A stretch of 64,000 bases of DNA from Candidatus Avelusimicrobium aviculae (lineage in GTDB: Bacteria; Elusimicrobiota; Elusimicrobia; Elusimicrobiales; Elusimicrobiaceae), in contig CALUXF010000007.1 in the NCBI GenBank assembly GCA_944324655.1, forward strand, positions 880-64,879, given 5' to 3'. The notes under the pieces were generated by a model. The model made no database searches, was not told the DNA's origin, and saw nothing but the letters and a program-made list of their open reading frames with translations. Both the position numbers and the translations under genes were made by a program. Below, one piece after another: positions 1-10,172 of this stretch (within the stretch, counting starts at the first letter, position 1; the number at the start of each line of letters is the position of its first letter).

Positions 1-281
1 TCTTGATAGCGTTTTAAAATGCGGTGTTGGGTTTCTGGGAAAGGATAGGCTTGTTTTACAGTATGCGCAAATTCTTCTTGTATTTGTTTTTGACGCCGCT
101 TATGAAATAACGAGGGGGTAATGCTTCCCTTTGGTTGTAAAACATTGGCCTTAATGGCCTCAATAGTTTGCGCCGCTTTTGTTTTTTGCAGAACAAGGGC
201 ACGCCAAGTTTGGGCTTGTGATGCAAGGCAAACAAGCAGCGGTACGGCGGCACAGAAAATGGTTTTGATAACGCGGCGCAT
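1..281 (-). CDS. Hypothetical secreted protein, partial (runs off the window start)
   Basis: Translated by hand (not in the ORF track): AGGAGA RBS, ATG at 281, MRRVIKTIFCAAVPLLVCLASQAQTW..., open to position 1; signal-peptide-like N-terminus. Confidence 0.7.
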   Translation of the reverse strand, partial: MRRVIKTIFCAAVPLLVCLASQAQTWRALVLQKTKAAQTIEAIKANVLQPKGSITPSLFHKRRQKQIQEEFAHTVKQAYPFPETQHRILKRYQ

Positions 282-419
282 AATATAAAATCTCCTACAC
301 ACAGGATAGAAAAATAATTGTTTTCTTTAAAGGGCTTTTGGGACGGTTGTTGCGCCCACCCGGAAGTTGAATAAATAAACCCCGCGATAAGGCGGGGTTA
401 TTTCAGAATAAATATATAA

Positions 420-965
420 TTATTTATGTCCGTATTTGCTGATGTTTTGCAGGGCATCCATCCACATTTTCAAAAAAGCTTTGGTGCGCTGCGCTTTTTC
501 TTGTGCAATGGCTTCACGCATTTGGTTTAATTGGGTTTGAAGCAAAAACATATGTCTATTGTTGGCGGCGTCAAAAACAATTCCGTCTTTTTCCAACAAT
601 TTTCCGGCTTGGCTGAAGGCTTTTAACAATTCTTGGTTGCGTTTTTGCATTCTTTTATAGGAGGAATGCGCCAGCATGCTTTCCGAAAGGCGCATGATGG
701 CAAATTCTTCCGTGCCTTGCAGGTAGGGATGTTGTTTATCCAAAACGTTGGTTGCGGATTCTAAAATGGTTTGGGCGTTTTCCTCTAATATTTTTTCCAC
801 GCTTTGATATAAATCCGCAAAGGAATATCCTTGGGGTAAAGTGCGGACGGCTTTGAGCGCTGCGTTTTTAATAGGGGTTAATTCTGCGGAAATGGGCGCA
901 GGCTGTGCAAAAGCGGCGCAGCTGAAAATAAGTAAGCCAAAAACAGCTATGATTTGCTTTTTCAT
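420..965 (-). CDS. Hypothetical secreted alpha-helical protein
   Basis: AGGAG RBS, signal peptide MKKQIIAVFGLLIFSCAAFA, helical body, hairpin downstream at about 376-403. Confidence 0.75.
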   Translation of the reverse strand: MKKQIIAVFGLLIFSCAAFAQPAPISAELTPIKNAALKAVRTLPQGYSFADLYQSVEKILEENAQTILESATNVLDKQHPYLQGTEEFAIMRLSESMLAHSSYKRMQKRNQELLKAFSQAGKLLEKDGIVFDAANNRHMFLLQTQLNQMREAIAQEKAQRTKAFLKMWMDALQNISKYGHK

Positions 966-1186
966 AAAAGCTCCTTGTCAAAAGTAATATACTGCATATA
1001 AAAAATTTAGTTAATTTTGTTATTTGCCCAAAAGGGCCAAAGGACCTATTTCCGTGTGTTTTTTGGACCTACCCCGTTTTTGGGCCCTGTGAGAGACGCC
1101 TTAAAAATACTAAAATATTCATATCCCGCAATATGGTTTTGTTCTAAAACCGTATGGGAAAATTTTTTAGGACTTCAATTATTCAT

Positions 1187-3025
1187 ATGAACAATACCCG
1201 TCAGGACGTAAGAAACGTGGCCATTATTGCGCACGTAGACCACGGCAAGACCACTATTGTGGATTCTTTGTTAAAATTTGCTGGAGAATTTAACGTAAAA
1301 GAAGGCCAGGCGCAGGAAACGGTGCTGGATTCCAACCCGTTGGAGCGTGAGCGCGGCATTACCATTTTAGCCAAATGCACTTCCATTGAATATAAAAATC
1401 ACACCATTAATATTGTTGACACTCCCGGCCATGCTGATTTCGGCAGTGAAGTGGAACGCGTGCTGCGTATGGTGGACGGCGCCATTTTAATGGTGGACGC
1501 GGTGGAAGGCCCCATGCCGCAAACCCGTTTTGTGCTTCGCAAAGCCTTGGCTTTGGGGCTGCGTCCTATTGTGGTAATCAATAAAATGGACCGGGACCAC
1601 GTCCGCCCCAGTGAAGTGGTGGACGAAGTGTTCAATCTCTTTATGGAACTGGGCGCTACGGACGAGCAGCTGGATTTCCCTATTATTTACGCTTCCGGCC
1701 GCGCCGGCTGGGCCAGCTTGAAAATGGAAGAGCCCGGCAAAGACATTGCCCCCGTGTTGGATACCATTTTATCCCATGTACCCGCGCCTGTGGCCATGCC
1801 GGACGCTCCCTTACAGATGCAGGTAACCATGCTGGACTATAATAACTTTTTGGGTCATGTGGGCATTGGGCGCATTTTAGCCGGTAAGGTAACCCGCGGG
1901 CAAAATGTGGTGCTTATCCACCACGACGGTTCCACCACTCCCGCCAAAGCCGTTAAGATAGAACGTTTTATGGGGCTTGGCAAACAAGATTTGGAAAGCG
2001 CCTGCGCCGGGGATATCGTATCCATAGCCGGTTTGGAAGGCGTGGACGTGGGAGACACCATCTGCCAGCCGGACGCGTTAAAACCGCTGCCGCCGTTGGC
2101 TATTGACGAGCCCACCATGTCTATGGACTTTATGGTGAACGACAGCCCCTTCGCCGGCAAAGAAGGCAAATTTGTAACCAGCCGCCATTTAAAAAACCGT
2201 TTGGAAAAAGAAGCCCAAACCAATGTGGGTTTAAAGGTGGAACAGCTGGAAGGGGAAGGGCGTTTTAAAGTATACGGCCGCGGGGAACTGCACCTGACTA
2301 TTTTAATTGAAAATATGCGCCGCGAAGGTTTTGAGCTGGCGGTATCCTCGCCCGAGGTTATTTATAAAGAAGAAAACGGGCAGGTGTTGGAGCCTATGGA
2401 ATACCTTATTTTGGATATACGCAGTGAATTCCAGGGCGCTGTTTTCACCATGCTGGGCACCCGCGCCGCCAAGTTGGAAAATATGGTGGCGGAGGGCGAA
2501 GACCGCCTGCGCCTGGAATATTTAATTCCTTCCCGCGCGCTGATTGGTTTTAAAAATGAATTTTTGACCAATACCCGCGGTACGGGCATTATGCACCACA
2601 GCTTTAAAGGTTTTTATCCTAAAGTGAACGTGCCTCCGCTGCGCCATAACGGGGTATTGATTGCCAAAGAAGACGGAGAAACCACCCCTTACGCCTTGTT
2701 TGCTTTGGAAAACAACGGGGAGCTTTTCTTGGGCCCCAATATAAAAGTATACGCCGGGGAAATTGTAGGCCAAAACTCGCGCGATAATGATTTGGTGGTA
2801 AACCCTTGCAAGGCCAAACATTTAAGCAATATGCGCAGCAAAGCAAGCGATGAATCCTACACCCTCACCCCGCCCCGCGTGATGAGCTTGGAACAAGCGG
2901 TGGAATATATTGCGCCGGATGAATTGGTGGAAATTACGCCCACCTCTTTGCGCTTGCGCAAGAAGATTCTTTCCCACTTGCTTCGCAAACGCAGCGAACG
3001 CGCCAGCGAGGAAGAAGAAGCTTAA
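1187..3025 (+). CDS. typA: Translational GTPase TypA/BipA
   Basis: [41 protein letters not shown]; start moved from 1154 to MNNTRQ at 1187. Confidence 0.97.
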   Translation: MNNTRQDVRNVAIIAHVDHGKTTIVDSLLKFAGEFNVKEGQAQETVLDSNPLERERGITILAKCTSIEYKNHTINIVDTPGHADFGSEVERVLRMVDGAILMVDAVEGPMPQTRFVLRKALALGLRPIVVINKMDRDHVRPSEVVDEVFNLFMELGATDEQLDFPIIYASGRAGWASLKMEEPGKDIAPVLDTILSHVPAPVAMPDAPLQMQVTMLDYNNFLGHVGIGRILAGKVTRGQNVVLIHHDGSTTPAKAVKIERFMGLGKQDLESACAGDIVSIAGLEGVDVGDTICQPDALKPLPPLAIDEPTMSMDFMVNDSPFAGKEGKFVTSRHLKNRLEKEAQTNVGLKVEQLEGEGRFKVYGRGELHLTILIENMRREGFELAVSSPEVIYKEENGQVLEPMEYLILDIRSEFQGAVFTMLGTRAAKLENMVAEGEDRLRLEYLIPSRALIGFKNEFLTNTRGTGIMHHSFKGFYPKVNVPPLRHNGVLIAKEDGETTPYALFALENNGELFLGPNIKVYAGEIVGQNSRDNDLVVNPCKAKHLSNMRSKASDESYTLTPPRVMSLEQAVEYIAPDELVEITPTSLRLRKKILSHLLRKRSERASEEEEA

Positions 3026-3046
3026 TCCCTGCCAATACGTTTCCAT

Positions 3047-3080
3047 ACCGGGCATTCTCTTTGGGGACTGCCCGGTTTTT
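3047..3080 (+). terminator. Intrinsic terminator after typA
   Basis: ACCGGGCA...TGCCCGGT stem followed by a T run. Confidence 0.7.
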
Positions 3081-3265
3081 ATTTGGCGAGGAAAAACGCT
3101 TAAAAAGTGTGTAAAAACGACGTATAAAAACCCCTGCCTGAGTTGGCGGGGGGTTAAAATGCTTATTCCGGAAATTTATGCCGCAATAAATGGCATTAAC
3201 TGATTAAATCCGCCGTATTGTTTCTGCGTGTGGGCCGCGGAAATATGCCGGCCGAAGGCAAGGGG

Positions 3266-4057
3266 TTAACCGCGTGTTATTTTGGCGCGCAAACGCCATA
3301 AACCCATCCGCCAAGCGGGTAATATGTTTAAAGGCGTAGAAAGGGGGGAAGAAAGTTTATTTACCCCTTTTTGGGAGGAAAAAGTAACGCCGTATACGGG
3401 GCGCAGCGCTTCTTCTAATTCTTTAGAGGGAACTCCCCACGGGTAGAAAAAAGCGTTTATGGATAGTTTATGCAATTTTTCCAGCCGGGCTTTGCTTTCG
3501 CCGGCCTGCCAGGCCGCTTGCTGTGTGTCCAGTTCGCTCAATTTGGTATATGAGAGCCCGTGCGAGGCAAAACTGACCCATTTGCTTTTTCTCAGTTCGG
3601 CCAGTTCGCTTTCAGTTAGGGTGTTTTGCCAGGCCTCTTGCCGCGGGTCCTGCCAGGCATTGTATTGGCCTATGTGTTCCGCGCAAAGACACACGCAGGC
3701 TTTTATTTCCCGCTCTTGCAAAAGGGGAAATACTTCTTTATAAAAGCTTTCCAAACCGTATTTAAAAACCAATAACACCGGTTTTGGGGGAAGCGAAACC
3801 CCTTCTTTAAACGCCAGTAAATCTTCCGGCGTAACCGGGGTAAAACCCAGCTTTAATACCCAATCCAGCTTTTTGGCCAGTTTTTGGGGGGATATCCATT
3901 CTTTATAAAGGGCCGACCCTTTAGGAGCTTGCCCCACTTTGCCAAAACAAAGCACCGGCAAAAGCGGGGTTTTGTGTTTCCAAAAAGGGAAATACAGCCC
4001 GCAAAAAAGCAAACCGCCCGCCAGCGCCAGGCAAACAGACATGATAATGTAAAGCAT
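3266..4057 (-). CDS. Polysaccharide deacetylase (CE4/NodB)-fold membrane-anchored protein with degenerate catalytic motifs
   Basis: N-terminal TM helix; PPKPVLLVFKYG (cf. TFDDG), FASHGLSY (cf. HTxxH), FYPWG (cf. YPYG). Confidence 0.8.
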   Translation of the reverse strand: MLYIIMSVCLALAGGLLFCGLYFPFWKHKTPLLPVLCFGKVGQAPKGSALYKEWISPQKLAKKLDWVLKLGFTPVTPEDLLAFKEGVSLPPKPVLLVFKYGLESFYKEVFPLLQEREIKACVCLCAEHIGQYNAWQDPRQEAWQNTLTESELAELRKSKWVSFASHGLSYTKLSELDTQQAAWQAGESKARLEKLHKLSINAFFYPWGVPSKELEEALRPVYGVTFSSQKGVNKLSSPLSTPLNILPAWRMGLWRLRAKITRG

Positions 4058-4812
4058 TATTGGTTATCCCGTGTGTGCAAAAGCCACAGTTTCATGTATT
4101 TCACAAAAATGTAAAAGGTGGAAAAAGAGGCCCAAATAAAACCGCGTATTCCGTCTAAAAAACCCAGTTTGAACACGTAGCGGCGCAAAAATTCCAGCGG
4201 CAGGATAAACAAAACCGCTATAAAACTGCGTTTTTTACCCTTTTCGTACATGGTTTGGGCGGCTAATGTGGTATATTTGTTAAATTTTTCAAAATAAGTT
4301 TCTATGTCATTATAAGAATAATGCATAAAAACATTTTTTAAGCGGCCCGTGCGGCCTTCTACGCACAGCCGTTCATGCACCAGGCCCCCTTCGTAGCGGG
4401 CTTTTTGGGCGCGCACCAAACGCAAAATGTGTTCTTTTTTCAGGCCGCCGTGCCGCATGCGTTTGCCTAAGAAACAGTTTACGCGCGTCAGCTCAAAGCC
4501 GTCATAATCCGTATTTTGTACGGCTTGGCGGATTTCCTGCGCCAGCTGAGGGGTAAGCACTTCGTCGGCGTCCAAAGAAAGGGCCCAGGTTGTTTTTACT
4601 TGGTCCAAGGCAAAGTTTTTTTGCGCGGTAAACCCTTCAAAAGGGTGGGTAAATACGCGCGCGCCAAACTGCTGGGCGATGGCGGCGGTATCATCGGTAG
4701 AATCGTCCACCAATACAATTTCGTCCACCAGCTCTTTGGCGCTGGCAAGACATTTGGCTATTTTATCGGCTTCGTTGCGTGCGATGATAAACAAAGTGAT
4801 TTGCGTCGTCAT
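4057..4812 (-). CDS. Glycosyltransferase family 2 (WaaE/KdtX-like, LPS core)
   Basis: IIARNEADKIAKCL, LVDDSTD, LSLDADE, VHE, FLDGIRGFIWA. Confidence 0.9.
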   Translation of the reverse strand: MTTQITLFIIARNEADKIAKCLASAKELVDEIVLVDDSTDDTAAIAQQFGARVFTHPFEGFTAQKNFALDQVKTTWALSLDADEVLTPQLAQEIRQAVQNTDYDGFELTRVNCFLGKRMRHGGLKKEHILRLVRAQKARYEGGLVHERLCVEGRTGRLKNVFMHYSYNDIETYFEKFNKYTTLAAQTMYEKGKKRSFIAVLFILPLEFLRRYVFKLGFLDGIRGFIWASFSTFYIFVKYMKLWLLHTRDNQ

Positions 4813-5061
4813 AAATTTTATTTTATCATTTAGCCCGCTTAAAAGAAATAGCCTAAAAAGGGAAACCCCCCTGGCAGGGTTTGGGACCAGAGGGGTTTGG
4901 GGGATTAAATGAAAATTTATTCTCTTTCTATATTATTAAAATATAACTTTTGTTCGTTTTTCAACAGGGCCATTGGACCCAAAATCAAAAATATTTTGTG
5001 CCTAGAAGCTTTTGGGCCTTTTGTTGTATAATTTGTTAGGACCTAATAAAAGGGGGAAAAT

Positions 5062-5664
5062 ATGAAAAAAACCATTTTGCTGTTTGCCGTTTGTTTGTGT
5101 GCGGCGGCGTGCCAAACGCTGCCTACCTCTTCGGAATATTTAGCCCGGGGGGACGGTTATTTTAAAGACGGAAAAATAGAACAGGCTCTGAAAGCCTATG
5201 ATAAAGCCTTGGCTTTAAACCCGGACCGTACCGATATTTACGCTTCCCGCGGCGCGGCTTATTTCTTCAAAGGCGATTATGTTTCCGCACAAAATGACTT
5301 TTTAACCGTGGTGGAGAAAAACCCCTATCAGGCGGACGCTTACACGGCGCTGGGTTCTGCCCTGGCCGCTTTGGGCGATTATGACAACGCGTTAAAAATG
5401 TTTAGCATTTCTTTAAATTTAAACCCTTCCAAGCCGGAAACGTTTTTTTCCCGCGGCGGCGTGTTTTTTATGCAAGGGGAATATGATAAAGCCATTGCCG
5501 ATTATACGTCCGTCATTTTGTTAGCTCCCGCCGCAGAAGTGTACAACGCCCGCGGCGCGGCTTATTTAAAGAAAGGGGACACTGCCAAAGCGGAAGATGA
5601 TTTTAATGTGGCAAAAGGGGGCCGCTTCCCGGAAAAATTAAACGAATATTCTATGATAGACTAA
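5062..5664 (+). CDS. TPR-repeat lipoprotein
   Basis: Lipobox CAAAC, about five TPR units (AYASRGAAYF, AYTALGSAL, FFSRGGVF, VYNARGAAY). Confidence 0.9.
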   Translation: MKKTILLFAVCLCAAACQTLPTSSEYLARGDGYFKDGKIEQALKAYDKALALNPDRTDIYASRGAAYFFKGDYVSAQNDFLTVVEKNPYQADAYTALGSALAALGDYDNALKMFSISLNLNPSKPETFFSRGGVFFMQGEYDKAIADYTSVILLAPAAEVYNARGAAYLKKGDTAKAEDDFNVAKGGRFPEKLNEYSMID

Positions 5665-5736
5665 ATTTTTCGTCGGGAATTAAATTTTCTTGCGCAGTTA
5701 ATCTTGGTTTTGGTATAATATTTTTGTCAGATTTAA

Positions 5737-5810
5737 GTCACCGTAGCTCAGCTGGTTAGAGCGAGCGTTTCATAAGCGCTAGGTCGGTGGTTCGAGCCCA
5801 CCCGGTGACA
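5737..5810 (+). tRNA. tRNA with CAT anticodon (elongator Met or Ile2), CCA not encoded
   Basis: GTCACCG/CGGTGAC acceptor, GCTC/GAGC D-stem, AGCGT-TTCATAA-GCGCT anticodon arm, GGTGG-TTCGAGC-CCACC T-arm; TATAAT upstream at 5714. Confidence 0.95.
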
Positions 5811-5816
5811 TTTTTT

Positions 5817-5844
5817 ACCCTTCGCTTTGGCGAAGGGTTTTTTA
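5817..5844 (+). terminator. Terminator after the CAT-anticodon tRNA
   Basis: ACCCTTCGC-TTTG-GCGAAGGGT plus T run. Confidence 0.85.
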
Positions 5845-5909
5845 TATGTAAAAACCAGTGCAAAAAATAAAAAAATGTATTATAGTATATATAGTACGGA
5901 GAAACTGTT

Positions 5910-6596
5910 ATGAAAAAACTTTCTGTCCTTTTTTTATTGTTAGCCGCTGGTTTGCCGCTGTGCGCTCAGTCTACCTGTGAAACGCGGGTGGACCGTAATT
6001 TGGATAAAACAACCATGCAAAAAGTGCATTATTGTTTATATCCGGAAGAAGAGCCCAGCACGGAGCCGGAATCCCAGGTAATTTATTTTGCGGCCTATGA
6101 TTCCCGCGCGCCGCGTCCTTCTCAAAAACCCAGAATCCCCATGGAGATTGTCCAGCCGGAGGGGGCTGTATATCACGAAGAAGCCCTTTCTAAAAACAGA
6201 GAATACTGGGAAGCCAAACATTACCCGCTTTTTACCAATGATATCCCGTCTTCTGAAGATGAGCGGGAAGTAAACTGCGCCGTGATGGAGCTGTTCCCCG
6301 GTTCCACCTTTGTTCCGCCGCCCACGGCAACGCGTATTATTATGTATCGTAACGGGCGGGACGGGGCTTATAACGGCCCGGTCACTGTATTGTACGGCGG
6401 GAAAGAAGTGGCCTTGCGTGATAATGGAGACGGCACTTTTTCTATCCCGGGTACGGAAGACGAAGACGGGAAACCGTTAACGGGGTATTTCGCTTACGAC
6501 CCTACCGGCGCGGAAAATAAAGAAAACGAAGTGTATTATAAACCGTCGGTCAGTTTAAGCACGACAAGAGGAAACCCCTATTTTAAATCCAAATAA
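5910..6596 (+). CDS. Hypothetical secreted protein
   Basis: Signal peptide MKKLSVLFLLLAAGLPLCA; no family recognised. Confidence 0.7.
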   Translation: MKKLSVLFLLLAAGLPLCAQSTCETRVDRNLDKTTMQKVHYCLYPEEEPSTEPESQVIYFAAYDSRAPRPSQKPRIPMEIVQPEGAVYHEEALSKNREYWEAKHYPLFTNDIPSSEDEREVNCAVMELFPGSTFVPPPTATRIIMYRNGRDGAYNGPVTVLYGGKEVALRDNGDGTFSIPGTEDEDGKPLTGYFAYDPTGAENKENEVYYKPSVSLSTTRGNPYFKSK

Positions 6597-6632
6597 AGGA
6601 GCGGCGCCCGCCTGGGCTGTGAGAAATTTTTT

Positions 6633-6905
6633 ATGCAAAAAATTGTAGCTTATTTAAAAAAGCCGTTTGAAGCCAAAGGCATGGTCATTGGCGTGGTGGA
6701 CACCTGTTTAAAAGCGGTTACGGTGTTTGTTTGGGGATATTTGACGGTGGTGTTGTGTTCCCTGTTTTTTAATTCGTTATTGATTGATTATAACCCGTTA
6801 AATAAACTGTGGTGGTTTTCTTACTGCTTTTTTATTTTCTTTGGGGCTACGTTGCTGGCGTATATCTTGTTGTTTGTGCGCACGTACGACGAAGAGGACG
6901 AATAA
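6633..6905 (+). CDS. Small two-TM membrane protein
   Basis: Two long hydrophobic segments, acidic C-tail YDEEDE. Confidence 0.7.
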   Translation: MQKIVAYLKKPFEAKGMVIGVVDTCLKAVTVFVWGYLTVVLCSLFFNSLLIDYNPLNKLWWFSYCFFIFFGATLLAYILLFVRTYDEEDE

Positions 6906-6969
6906 ACCCCACTCTGCTTTTATTCACCGGCGCGAGCTAACGGCTTTGCGCCGTTTTTATTATCAGCCT

Positions 6970-7536
6970 ATGAAGAAACATACCCTCAATACTCCCCGTC
7001 TTTATTTGCGCGGGTTTATGCCGCAAGATGCCGGGGATTTGCTGGCTTATTTAGCCTGTCCCCGTTCCAATTGTTTTTTGGATGAAAAACTATCTTCTTT
7101 AGAGGCAGCCAAGCAAAGCATCGCCCAGCGCAGCCAAGACCCGCTGCAATTAGCCCTGGTTCTTAAAGAAGAGCAAACCGTTATAGGCCATGTGTTTGCC
7201 CGGAAAGAAAGCCCGGATACGTATAGCGTAGGGTGGTGCCTGAATGCCCGTTATGAAGGAAAAGGATACGCGTTTGAGGCGGCTTGTGCGTATTTGTCTT
7301 TCTTGTTTTTTTCTCAGAACGCGCGGCGGGTGTACGCTTATGTGCAGGAAGGAAATACGCGTTCCCAAAAACTGTGTGAGAAGTTAGGCTTTCGCCGGGA
7401 AGGTTTGTTTAAGGAGTTTATTTCTTTCACAACATCGCCGGACGGTTCCCCTGTATACGAAAACACGTTGCAATACGCCATTTTGAAAAAAGAGTGGGAA
7501 AAAATCCACAATATGGAAATTGCCCAAGCGGAGTAA
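6970..7536 (+). CDS. GNAT acetyltransferase, RimJ/RimL family
   Basis: LNTPRLYLRGF, YEGKGYAFEA, GNTRSQKLCEKLGFRREG; start moved to ATG 6970. Confidence 0.9.
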   Translation: MKKHTLNTPRLYLRGFMPQDAGDLLAYLACPRSNCFLDEKLSSLEAAKQSIAQRSQDPLQLALVLKEEQTVIGHVFARKESPDTYSVGWCLNARYEGKGYAFEAACAYLSFLFFSQNARRVYAYVQEGNTRSQKLCEKLGFRREGLFKEFISFTTSPDGSPVYENTLQYAILKKEWEKIHNMEIAQAE

Positions 7537-7560
7537 CTTAGACCAAACAAAACGGCTTAA

Positions 7561-8457
7561 TCAGTTTATTTGCTGCAAAATGCGGCGGGCTTCTGTCCGG
7601 TCTTTTTTTAATTGGCTTACTAAGGCGTCTAATCCGTTAAATTTGGTTTCGTCGCGCAGTTTTTCATAAAAGTATACGGTGATTTCTTTCCCGTAAATAT
7701 CTTGGTTAAAATCAAAGATATGCACTTCCACCAGCGGAATGGAGGACTGTATGGTATTTACCGTGGGGCGAAAGCCTATATTGCAAAAACCTTGATATAC
7801 TTTTCCTTCCGCCAGTACCTTCACCGCAAACACACCCAAAGGCAGTATTTTGTATATTCCCGTATCCAAATTGGCGGTGGGAAAGCCCAGCGTGCGCCCC
7901 AATTTGTTTCCTACAATCACGGTGCCGGTTACTTCATACGGGCGGCCTAAAAACGCGTTTGCTTGGGCAATATCGCCGGCCGCCAGCGTCTTGCGGATTA
8001 AAGAGGAAGATATTTTTTGTTCCCGGCAAGACAAAAAATCCAAGACTTCAAAGGGCAAATCCCGTTTTAAGCACTCCGTGCGCAAAAAATCGGCCGAGCC
8101 TTGGCGGTCCTTGCCAAAGGCAAAATCTTTGCCTATTAAAAGACCTCCCATTTGATAGCGGGTTAATAATTCGTTAAAGAAATCAGCCGGGGACTGATTG
8201 TGTATTTTGTCAAAATCCAACGCGATGGTTTTTGCCGCGCTGGCTTTTTGCAGAAGTAATTTTTTTTCCTGCGGGGTGGTAAGTATAGTCATTTCCGGGT
8301 GAGGGGCCAGCAAGGTTTTGGGCGGAAGGGGGAAATACAACACCAACGGCTGCTGCAATGCGTGGGCCGCCAGTACGTTCAAACGGTTAAACAAAAACTG
8401 GTGGCCGGCGTGCACGCCGTCAAAAGTTCCTATGGTAATAAAATGTTTAGTTTTCAT
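7561..8457 (-). CDS. ribF: Bifunctional riboflavin kinase/FAD synthetase
   Basis: IGTFDGVHAGHQ, ISSSLIR, LGRTLGFPTAN, VEVHIFDF, KLRDETKF. Confidence 0.96.
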   Translation of the reverse strand: MKTKHFITIGTFDGVHAGHQFLFNRLNVLAAHALQQPLVLYFPLPPKTLLAPHPEMTILTTPQEKKLLLQKASAAKTIALDFDKIHNQSPADFFNELLTRYQMGGLLIGKDFAFGKDRQGSADFLRTECLKRDLPFEVLDFLSCREQKISSSLIRKTLAAGDIAQANAFLGRPYEVTGTVIVGNKLGRTLGFPTANLDTGIYKILPLGVFAVKVLAEGKVYQGFCNIGFRPTVNTIQSSIPLVEVHIFDFNQDIYGKEITVYFYEKLRDETKFNGLDALVSQLKKDRTEARRILQQIN

Positions 8458-9196
8458 GGGCTTGCGGCTCCGGCCGGCTCTGCGGGACGGGAATAAAACG
8501 GGAGTAGATGGTGCCCGGCGTACTGTCTTTTATTAAGGCCCCGTCAAAGGCGTCTTTCACGTCCAAGTCCCCTATGCGGGTTCGTCTCAGCGCGCAAATA
8601 TGTCCCGTGGTGCCTAATTTTTGGGCCAACATCCACCCCATAGAACGTACATAAGTGCCGCAGGAACAGGTAAGCGTAAAGGCAATTTGGTTGTTGGGGA
8701 GCAGCGTGATATTACTCCACTGCAAAATACGCACGGTGTTATAGCGGCGTTCTATTTCGTGCCCGTTGCGGGCTAGGTCGTACATGCGTTCCCCGCCGAT
8801 TTTTTTAGCGCTGAAAAAGGGGATAGGCTGCTCCACCTCGCCGGTTAGGGTTTGGGTGGCTTGTTGAACGTCCTGCAGGGTAAATGGGGGGATGGGAGCG
8901 GTTTGGGTTTCCTCTCCGTATGCGTCCCAGGTATCCGTTTCCCGTCCCAGCTCAAGGACGGCGTCATACGTTTTGGTTTGTTTTAAAAAATAGTCTTGCT
9001 GTTTGGTGGCGTCTCTTCCCACCAAAAGCAACAATAAACCGGAAGCCATAGGATCCAACGTGCCGCTGTGTCCTATCTTTTTAACGTGCAAAGCTTTGCG
9101 CGTTAAGATAATAATATCATGGGACGCGTAATCTTTGGGTTTATCTACCAAAAACAGCCCGCTGATAAGCGGTTTACCGAATTTTTTTGACGACAT
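8447..9196 (-). CDS. truB: tRNA pseudouridine(55) synthase
   Basis: KIGHSGTLDPMASG, SAKKIGGERMYDLAR, CSCGTYVRS. Confidence 0.95.
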   Translation of the reverse strand: MSSKKFGKPLISGLFLVDKPKDYASHDIIILTRKALHVKKIGHSGTLDPMASGLLLLLVGRDATKQQDYFLKQTKTYDAVLELGRETDTWDAYGEETQTAPIPPFTLQDVQQATQTLTGEVEQPIPFFSAKKIGGERMYDLARNGHEIERRYNTVRILQWSNITLLPNNQIAFTLTCSCGTYVRSMGWMLAQKLGTTGHICALRRTRIGDLDVKDAFDGALIKDSTPGTIYSRFIPVPQSRPEPQAHEN

Positions 9197-10172
9197 TTTT
9201 CACTACTTCGGCCAGTTCTCCGGTAACGTCTTCCAGTGCTTTGCCGGTTACTTTAAAGCCGGAGGCGCGGGCATGGCCCCCGCCGCCAAATTTTTGGGCT
9301 ATTTGGCTTACGTCTACCGCGTTGCGCGCGCGCAGGTTTACGGAAACTTTATCATCTTCTTCTTTAATAAGGGCGGAAACTTCCACCCCGGGTATCATGG
9401 TGGGCTGGCTGACTATCCCCTGTGTTTGGGCCGGGGTGGCGCCCAAAGCCTCAAAATCGCGCTTAGTGAGCACAATTTGGCTGTATTTGTTGTCAAAACG
9501 CAGTTCCATTTTTTCTAAAGCGCGGCCCAAGAGTTTTAAGTCTATGTAGGGCTTGGTAAAGTAAATGACTTGGTTGATTTGCGCGATATCCGCCCCCAAA
9601 GCCACCAAGGCGGACGCCACGCGCAGCGCCTCCGCGCTGGTGTTGCTGTGCAGAAAGCGGCCGGTGTCCGTTTCCAGCCCGGTATAGAGGCAGGTGGCCT
9701 CGTCCGGCGTGGGGAGAAGGCCGTCCTCACTGTTTTCAAAAAGTTGGAAAATAATTTCTGCCGTAGAGCTGGCGGAAGAATCTATATAATTAATATGACC
9801 GTATTCATCGCTGATTAAATGGTGGTCTATATTAATAATGGTTTTTGCGTTTTTAAGTACGTTTTCCAAGTCTCCGCCGCGGGTGCGGTCGGAACATTCC
9901 AGCAAAATCACGGTGTCAAATTTGGGGTTTGCCGGCAGTTTGTTTACGTGTATGTTTTGCAAACCGGGCAGAAATTGCAAATCATTGCCAATGGCGGGGG
10001 TGGCGTAGGCGTAAGACTTTTTACCCAAGCGGCTGAGCAAAGAAACCATGGTTAATGTGCAGCCCAGGGAGTCCCCGTCCGGGTTTTGATGCCCGGCAAT
10101 AAAAAAACTTTTGCCGTTTTTTAAGGCTTGCCAAATAGAGGCAAAGATGGTTTCTCTAGTTTTCTGCTTCAT
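9174..10172 (-). CDS. nrnA: DHH/DHHA1 phosphoesterase (NrnA-like nanoRNase/pAp phosphatase)
   Basis: HQNPDGDSLG, NIDHH, DTGRF, GGGGHARASG; conserved position between rbfA and truB. Confidence 0.9.
   Translation of the reverse strand: MKQKTRETIFASIWQALKNGKSFFIAGHQNPDGDSLGCTLTMVSLLSRLGKKSYAYATPAIGNDLQFLPGLQNIHVNKLPANPKFDTVILLECSDRTRGGDLENVLKNAKTIINIDHHLISDEYGHINYIDSSASSTAEIIFQLFENSEDGLLPTPDEATCLYTGLETDTGRFLHSNTSAEALRVASALVALGADIAQINQVIYFTKPYIDLKLLGRALEKMELRFDNKYSQIVLTKRDFEALGATPAQTQGIVSQPTMIPGVEVSALIKEEDDKVSVNLRARNAVDVSQIAQKFGGGGHARASGFKVTGKALEDVTGELAEVVKNVVKKIR

Noticed and set aside
56-253. 65-aa ORF from the track
   Set aside because: It overlaps, in another frame, a better ORF (ATG 281 with RBS and signal peptide).
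3081-3265. Possible sRNA between typA and the deacetylase-like gene
   Set aside because: Only terminator-like hairpins of the convergent genes are seen; no promoter or recognisable family.
6597-6620. ZTP (pfl) riboswitch-like GGAGCGGCGCCCGCCTGGGC
   Set aside because: It matches only the 3' hairpin; the 5' GACTGGCG/P1-P2 domain is absent, the upstream DNA is coding, and the downstream gene is unrelated to purine or folate metabolism.
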